Below are positions 58,382 through 64,000 of a stretch of DNA of 64,000 nt, piece by piece. Each line of letters begins with the position of its first letter. Positions within the stretch are counted from its first letter, which is position 1. Below the pieces are notes generated by a model. The model was not told the origin of the DNA, did no database searches, and was given only the letters and a program-made list of their open reading frames with translations. Made by a program: the position numbers and the translations under genes. Origin of the DNA: Candidatus Eiseniibacteriota bacterium (GTDB lineage Bacteria; Eisenbacteria; RBG-16-71-46); contig JACRIW010000020.1 in assembly GCA_016215625.1 (NCBI GenBank), positions 71,013-135,012 of the forward strand, read 5' to 3'.

Positions 58382-59955
58382 GCGCGAGCCGCATCGCCAT
58401 CGTCGGCTCGGGCATGATGGGCGCCACGCTCGCGTACGAACTCACGCGCGCAGGCTGCGAAGTGGACGTGTTCGAGCGCGGCCCGGACTACGCCTACCCG
58501 CACCGGCAGCGCTTCGTCGAGACCATCGAAAATGGCTGGGACGATCCCGCGCGCGCCGTGGCGCCCGACCTGCGGCGTTTCACGAGCACGGGCAGCTACG
58601 CGCGCGAGCTGTGGCGCGAGGCCGTCGTGCGCGAGGGCGGCAGCGGCACCGCCTGGACCGGGCTCGCCACGCGCATGTCGCCGACCGACCACGAGACGCG
58701 CTCGCGCTACGGCTTCGGCGAGGACTGGCCGCTCTCGTACGCCGAACTCGAGCCGTGGCTCTGCCGCGCCGAGGCGCAGCTCGGGGTCTCGGGCACCGAC
58801 GACGACAACCCGTGGGCGCCGCCGCGCTCGCAGCCGTATCCGCTGCCGCCGTTCGAACTGACCCCCGACGACGTGCTCGTCGCCGAGCGTCTCGCCGCCG
58901 GCGGCATCCACGTGCACTCGACCCCGCAGGCGCGCACGCGCGCGGACTACGAGGGGCGGCCCGCCTGCATGAACATCGGCGAATGCCAGGTGTGCCCGAC
59001 GGGAGCGCGGTACTCGTCCACGCACCACCTGGCCCTCGCGCGCGCGACCGGGCGGTGCCGCGTGACGACCGGGGCGAGCGTGCGTCGCGTGCTCACGGAC
59101 GCCGCCGGGCGCGCGCGCGGCGTGCGGTGGCGACGCGAGGGTGAGGACCGCGACCGCGAGCACGAGGCCGACCTCGTGATCGTCGCGGGGGCCGCGTTCG
59201 AGAGCGCGCGGTTGCTGCTGCTCTCGCGCGACGCGAAGCATCCGGACGGCCTCGGGAACACGCACGGCCACGTCGGGCGCCATCTCGTCTTCCACCACAT
59301 CTGGGTCGGGCACGTGCACTTCGAGGAGCCCGTCCACGCGGGCCGCGTCGGCTTCTGGACCGCGCAGAGCGACCAGTTCGTGGACCCGCCGACGCGCGGC
59401 CGCCACGGCGGGGTGAAGATCGAGCTGCCGTCCAAGCCCGCTCCGGAGCACATGCGCGCGGCCGGCCGGGCACGCTCGTTCGAGGAAGCGATGCGCGCCT
59501 TCGACGTCGTGCGCCGCTGCCGCACGGTGGGCATGCACGCGGAGTCGGACACGGGGGACGGCAAGTACGTGGCGCTCGCCCGCGAGCGCGACCGCTTCGG
59601 CGATCCGGTCGCGCACGTGCACTACGACTCGAGCGCGTTCGACCGCGCGACCCACGCGTACGCGCGCGAGCTGTTCGATCGCGTGGCCGCGGCGCTGCGC
59701 GTGCGCGAGCGTGTGTTCCCCGGGCTCGAGGAGTTCGGGACGTTCGCGCACCACATGGGCACGCACCGCATGAGCGCGCGTCCCGAGGACGGCGTCGTGG
59801 ACACGTACGGCGCGGTGCACGACACGCCGGGCCTGCACGCGATCGGGCTCGGCATGTTCGCGGGCTGCGGCGGCGCCGTGAATCCGACGCTCACCGGCGT
59901 CGCGCTGGCGATCCGCGCCGCCGACGCGATCGCGCGCGGCGCGGGCCGCGCATGA
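58378..59955 (+). CDS. GMC-family FAD oxidoreductase
   Basis: IVGSGMMG, GGSGTAW, DWPLSYAELEP, CMNIGECQVCP, HHMGTHRM and NPTLT motifs. Confidence 0.88.
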   Translation: MSASRIAIVGSGMMGATLAYELTRAGCEVDVFERGPDYAYPHRQRFVETIENGWDDPARAVAPDLRRFTSTGSYARELWREAVVREGGSGTAWTGLATRMSPTDHETRSRYGFGEDWPLSYAELEPWLCRAEAQLGVSGTDDDNPWAPPRSQPYPLPPFELTPDDVLVAERLAAGGIHVHSTPQARTRADYEGRPACMNIGECQVCPTGARYSSTHHLALARATGRCRVTTGASVRRVLTDAAGRARGVRWRREGEDRDREHEADLVIVAGAAFESARLLLLSRDAKHPDGLGNTHGHVGRHLVFHHIWVGHVHFEEPVHAGRVGFWTAQSDQFVDPPTRGRHGGVKIELPSKPAPEHMRAAGRARSFEEAMRAFDVVRRCRTVGMHAESDTGDGKYVALARERDRFGDPVAHVHYDSSAFDRATHAYARELFDRVAAALRVRERVFPGLEEFGTFAHHMGTHRMSARPEDGVVDTYGAVHDTPGLHAIGLGMFAGCGGAVNPTLTGVALAIRAADAIARGAGRA

Positions 59956-62900
59956 GCGCCGGACGGGTGGCTCGGAGCGCTCCCCTCGTCGCGTCGCTCG
60001 CGGCATGGCTCGTGGCCGCGTCGCCGCCCGGTGACGGCTTCGCGGCCACACCCGCGGCGTTCGCGCCGCCGGCGCGCGCCGACTATCGGCTCGAAGTCGA
60101 GATCCCGGCGTTCGAAGCGCACGAGAGCGCACGCTGCCTCGTGTGCCACGACGTGCCGGGTTTCGTGGTCCGCGACAGCGTGGGAGGGGCCGCGCGAGTC
60201 CTGACCGTGCCCGGGCAGGCGTTCGGGCGCAGCGTGCACGCGCGTCTCGCCTGCACGCAGTGTCACGCCGAGATCCGGCGCTACCCGCACGGCACGATCG
60301 CGCCGGCGTCGCGCGCGCGTTGCGACGGCGACTGCCATGCCGCCGACTCCACCGGCCGCGCGGTCACGCACGCCGCGGCGGCGCGCGCGCTCGCGGCGAG
60401 CGTGCACGGGGCCGCGCCGCACGGCCCCGCTTCGGACCTGCCGGCGTGCACGTCGTGCCACGGCGGGAACGCGCACGTCGTGGGCACCGCGCCCGCACGG
60501 TCCGACCGCGCGGCGCGGCTCGCCGCGTGCGCGCCCTGCCACGCCGACGGCGAACGCATGCGTGCGCACGACGTCGAGCCGGGGGCCGTGCCGTCGTACG
60601 AGCGCAGCTTCCACTTCAAGGCGCTCGAACTGGGCTCGACCCGCGCCGCCGTCTGCACGGACTGCCACGGCGCACACGACGTGCGCGCCGTGCGAGACAC
60701 GCTCGCGCGCACGCACGCGAGGCAGCTGCCCGCCACGTGCGGCCAGGACGGCTGCCACCGGGGCGCGAAGCTCGCCTTCGCGGCCTCCGGCGCCAATCAC
60801 CTCGACCTGCGCGTCGCCCGTCATCCGGTGCTCGCGCTCGTGCGCACGCTGTTCCACGCGTTCGGCGCGCTCGTGCTCGCCGTGCTCGGCGTCGGCGTGG
60901 CGCTCGACGCGCTCCGGCGAGCGCGGGACCGTCGCGTCCCTCGTTCGCCCGCGCGAGCGGACGACGCGCTGCTCGTGCCGCGGCTCACGCTCGCGCAGCG
61001 CCTGCAGCACGGCGCGCTCGTGCTCGCGTTCCTCGTGCTCGCCCTGAGCGGCGCCGCCGTGCACTTCGCGCACACCGTGCCCGCGCAGGCGTTCGCCGCC
61101 GCGGTCGGAGGCCGTGCGGTGATCCGCGCGCTGCATCGCGGCGCCGCCGCGCTCCTCGTCGCCACGGCGCTCGCGCACGCGGCCTCCGCGCTGGGGCTGC
61201 TCGCGCGCGCGAGGTTCGCGCCCGCGCGCGCTTGGCCGATGTTGCCCACGGCGCGCGACGCGCGCGACTGGTGGGCGCTCTCGCTGTGGTATTTCGGCCT
61301 GCGCGGAACGCCGCCGGAGTTCGACCGCCACGAGTTCCGGCAGAAGCTGCACTACTTCCTCGTGCTGGCCGGCGTGCCCGTGATGACCGCGACCGGGCTG
61401 ATGCTCGCGTTCCCGGTGTTCTTCGGGAACCTCCTGCCCGACACGGCCTACGGCATCGCCCACCTCGTGCACGGCACCGAGGCGAGCCTCGCGATCGCGA
61501 TCTTCGTGCTGTGGCACCTCTGGCAGCTGCGCGTCACGCCGGGACCGCACGCGCGGCTGCTCACCGCCTGGGACGGCCGCATCACGCGCGCGCAGTGGCG
61601 CGAACAGCACGCCGCCGAGGCGGCGCGCGTGGGCGAGCCCCCCGTGGCGGCGCCGGAACCTTTCGATCCCTGGGCGGCCCGCGTGCGGCTGGCGCTGCCG
61701 CTGGTGCTCGCGCTCGCGGTCCTGCTGCGTGTGCGGGAGGCGGTGCGCACGCCACTGTGGTTCGACGAGCTGTTCACGCTGCACATGGCGAAGCTCGACC
61801 TGCCGCATACGCTCGCGCTCCTGCCGAACGACGTCCACCCGCCGCTTCCGACGCTGCTCGTCTCGCTGTGGGTCGCCGTCGGCGGGACCGCTCCGCTCTG
61901 GCTCAAGAGCCTGCCGCTGCTGCTCGGCGTGCTCGCGCTGCTCGCCACCTACGGTTTCGCGCGAAGCCTGTTCGGGCGGCCGGTCGCCCTGCTCGCGACG
62001 CTGCTGCTCGCGCTGCACCCCGCGCACGTCTATTTCTCGCAGGAGCTGCGCGGCTACGGCCTGCTCACGCTCGCGCTGCTCGCGGCGGCGTGGTCGGCGT
62101 GGGCGTGGCTGCGCACCGGTCGCGCGCGCTTCGCCGGGGGCTGGGTGCTCGCCGCGGCGCTCGCCGCGTGGACGCACTACCTGAGCGCGGTCGTGCTCGC
62201 GCTGCTCTCGCTCGCCATGCTCGCCGCTTCGCGCACGCGCGGGCGCCGGCTCGCCTGGCTGGCCGTCCATGCGGCCATCGCGCTGCTCGTCGCGCCGCTG
62301 CTGGCGCTGCTGCCCGGTCAGCTCGCGCTGTCGCACGAGACCTGGGTGCCGCAACCCGCCGGCGCCGATCTGCTCGACCTCGCGCGCAAGGTGGCCTTCG
62401 GGGCGCTCTACCTGGTGCCGGTGCTCTTCGGTCTGGCGATCGTCCCACTCGTGCGCGGGGAGCGGCGTGGCGCGGCGCGCTTCGCGTGGGGCATGGCGAC
62501 CGGCGCGATCGTGCTCACGTTCGCGCTCTCGCTGCGCGGTCCGCACCTGTTCGCCGCGCGCTACATGTACTTCACGCTGCCGTACTGGTGCGTGCTGTTC
62601 GCCGCGGGGCTGGTGGCGCTGCCGTGGCGGCGCGTGCGCGCCGGAGCGATCGTGCTGGTCGCGCTGTTCGCGCTGCGCTCGGCGATCCTGCGCCCGCCGC
62701 TCGCCGAGGCCGTGGACCTGCAGCGCGCGATCGCGACCGTCCGGGGCGCGGTGCGTCCGGGCGACCTCGTCTTCGCCGCCGATCCGCACAGCCTGCTCGT
62801 ACTCGACGAGGCGCGGGCGTTGCCCACCGCGCGGCTGCTTTCGGACCTGGAGAAGCTGCCGTACTTCCGCGGCGGCGCGATCCTCGCGCGGGAACGCATC

Positions 62901-63098
62901 GTGCCGCTCGACACGCTGCGCGCCGTGGCGGCGGGCCGGCGCTGGTGGGTGGTCCACACGCCCGAGCCCGGCCGGCCCGGGGCCGCCGTGGCGGCGCTGT
63001 GCGACTCGCTGGCGGCGCCGCGCCGGCAGGTGGTCGGCATGGTGACGATCTGGCGCGGCGGGCCGGTATCAGGTGCGGGCCCGGCGCCACCTTTCTGA
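59952..63098 (+). CDS. fusion: multiheme cytochrome c + cytochrome b (FdnI-like) + GT-C (GT39/PMT-like) glycosyltransferase
   Basis: Five CxxCH plus CDGDCH and CGQDGCH; QRLQH, LHR, LVHGTEA and WHLW cytochrome b histidines; LWFDE, DVHPPL and YFSQELRGY. Confidence 0.8.
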   Translation: MSAGRVARSAPLVASLAAWLVAASPPGDGFAATPAAFAPPARADYRLEVEIPAFEAHESARCLVCHDVPGFVVRDSVGGAARVLTVPGQAFGRSVHARLACTQCHAEIRRYPHGTIAPASRARCDGDCHAADSTGRAVTHAAAARALAASVHGAAPHGPASDLPACTSCHGGNAHVVGTAPARSDRAARLAACAPCHADGERMRAHDVEPGAVPSYERSFHFKALELGSTRAAVCTDCHGAHDVRAVRDTLARTHARQLPATCGQDGCHRGAKLAFAASGANHLDLRVARHPVLALVRTLFHAFGALVLAVLGVGVALDALRRARDRRVPRSPARADDALLVPRLTLAQRLQHGALVLAFLVLALSGAAVHFAHTVPAQAFAAAVGGRAVIRALHRGAAALLVATALAHAASALGLLARARFAPARAWPMLPTARDARDWWALSLWYFGLRGTPPEFDRHEFRQKLHYFLVLAGVPVMTATGLMLAFPVFFGNLLPDTAYGIAHLVHGTEASLAIAIFVLWHLWQLRVTPGPHARLLTAWDGRITRAQWREQHAAEAARVGEPPVAAPEPFDPWAARVRLALPLVLALAVLLRVREAVRTPLWFDELFTLHMAKLDLPHTLALLPNDVHPPLPTLLVSLWVAVGGTAPLWLKSLPLLLGVLALLATYGFARSLFGRPVALLATLLLALHPAHVYFSQELRGYGLLTLALLAAAWSAWAWLRTGRARFAGGWVLAAALAAWTHYLSAVVLALLSLAMLAASRTRGRRLAWLAVHAAIALLVAPLLALLPGQLALSHETWVPQPAGADLLDLARKVAFGALYLVPVLFGLAIVPLVRGERRGAARFAWGMATGAIVLTFALSLRGPHLFAARYMYFTLPYWCVLFAAGLVALPWRRVRAGAIVLVALFALRSAILRPPLAEAVDLQRAIATVRGAVRPGDLVFAADPHSLLVLDEARALPTARLLSDLEKLPYFRGGAILARERIVPLDTLRAVAAGRRWWVVHTPEPGRPGAAVAALCDSLAAPRRQVVGMVTIWRGGPVSGAGPAPPF

Positions 63099-63174
63099 GC
63101 GTCAGGCGCCACCGCGCCCGGCCCCGTCCGAGCCCCCCACGGTCGCGGCCGTCACATCCACCTCGGACCGGTCC

Positions 63175-64000
63175 ATGATGCGCCGCGATTTCGCCGCCAC
63201 CCTCCGCGCCGCGGGGCTCGCCGCCCTGTGCGCCGTCTCGTCGTTGTCCTTCGCCGTCCCGGCCCGCGCGGGCGCTTCCTGGGTGCCCGGCGAAGTGATC
63301 GTGAAGTACCGCGCCGGGGCCACGCGCGCGCGCCGGGCACTCGTGCGCAACGTGCTCCCGTCGGTCGAACGCGTGGACGGGCTCGAACTCATCGGAGCCG
63401 AGTGCGTACGGTTCACCGGCATGGCCGTCGAGGAGGCGTGCGCGACGCTCGCCGCGGATCCCGCGGTCGAGTACGCGCAGCCCAACCACGTGTTCACCGT
63501 GGACGTCGTGCCGAACGACCCGTCGTTCGCCTCGCTGTGGGCGATGAAGAACACCGGGCAGGGCGGCGCCTTCGCGGGCGACGACCTCGACGCGACGCTC
63601 GCCTGGGACCTGTGCACGGGCGACCCGGAGATGAAGATCGGAGTGGTCGACTCGGGCATCGACTACACCCATCCGGACCTCGCCGCGAACATCTGGACCA
63701 ATCCCGGCGAGATTCCGGGCAACCAGATCGACGACGACGGAAACGGCTACGTGGACGACGTTCACGGCTACGACTTCGTGAACGGCGACGGCGACCCGAT
63801 GGACGACTACAAGCACGGCACGCACGTCGCGGGCACGATCGGCGCCGTCGGCCACAACGGCATCGGCGTGACCGGCGTGTGCTGGCGGTGCAGGCTCGTC
63901 GCGATCAAGTTCGTCAATGCGACCGGCTCGGGCACGGAGTCCGCCGCGGTGCAGGCGCTGCAGTACGCGCTCACGGTCGGCGTGCGGCTCACGAACAACT
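63175..64000 (+). CDS. S8 subtilisin-like serine protease (partial, runs off right edge)
   Basis: Manual translation: signal peptide, VPGEVIVKY, EYAQPN, VVDSGIDYTHPDL and HGTHVAGTIGA. Confidence 0.9.
   Translation, partial: MMRRDFAATLRAAGLAALCAVSSLSFAVPARAGASWVPGEVIVKYRAGATRARRALVRNVLPSVERVDGLELIGAECVRFTGMAVEEACATLAADPAVEYAQPNHVFTVDVVPNDPSFASLWAMKNTGQGGAFAGDDLDATLAWDLCTGDPEMKIGVVDSGIDYTHPDLAANIWTNPGEIPGNQIDDDGNGYVDDVHGYDFVNGDGDPMDDYKHGTHVAGTIGAVGHNGIGVTGVCWRCRLVAIKFVNATGSGTESAAVQALQYALTVGVRLTNN

Noticed and set aside
59622-62957. 1111-aa minus-strand ORF and similar long ORFs (e.g. 25996-28740, 32340-34955, 6862-9081)
   Set aside because: Antisense or alternate-frame shadows of well-supported genes, expected at this GC content; no recognisable motifs.

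Overview
Very GC-rich bacterial chromosome segment with about 55 protein genes and three tRNAs. The secreted dockerin-like proteins and the FlgD/T9SS-like C-terminal domain suggest Candidatus Eisenbacteria or a related FCB-adjacent lineage (inference only). It carries housekeeping genes (nagZ, ctpA, ptrB, iscS-mnmA, tadA, tRNA-Ser/Ser/Arg), an ABC-2 exporter, a CHASE4 hybrid kinase, and a yge/ygf-type purine-degradation operon (arcC-ygeW-ygeY-xdh-ssnA-short ygfK) with two nearby PLP enzymes. The most unusual features are: (1) two divergent, lower-GC paralogous secreted-protein cassettes, each bounded by copies of the 3' end of the upstream methyltransferase gene (86 bp identical repeat plus a 28 bp third copy), with no integrase in view; (2) a Tat-subunit/GMC oxidoreductase operon ending in a 1048-aa multiheme cytochrome c + cytochrome b + GT-C glycosyltransferase fusion; (3) three tandem Ig+dockerin-like secreted paralogs plus a cohesin/dockerin/CTD protein; (4) a DUF222-like/HNH gene with a TGA at a conserved Trp position; (5) a frameshift in a (GC)8 tract of the cysteine desulfurase gene. 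All family assignments come from motif recognition, not database searches.
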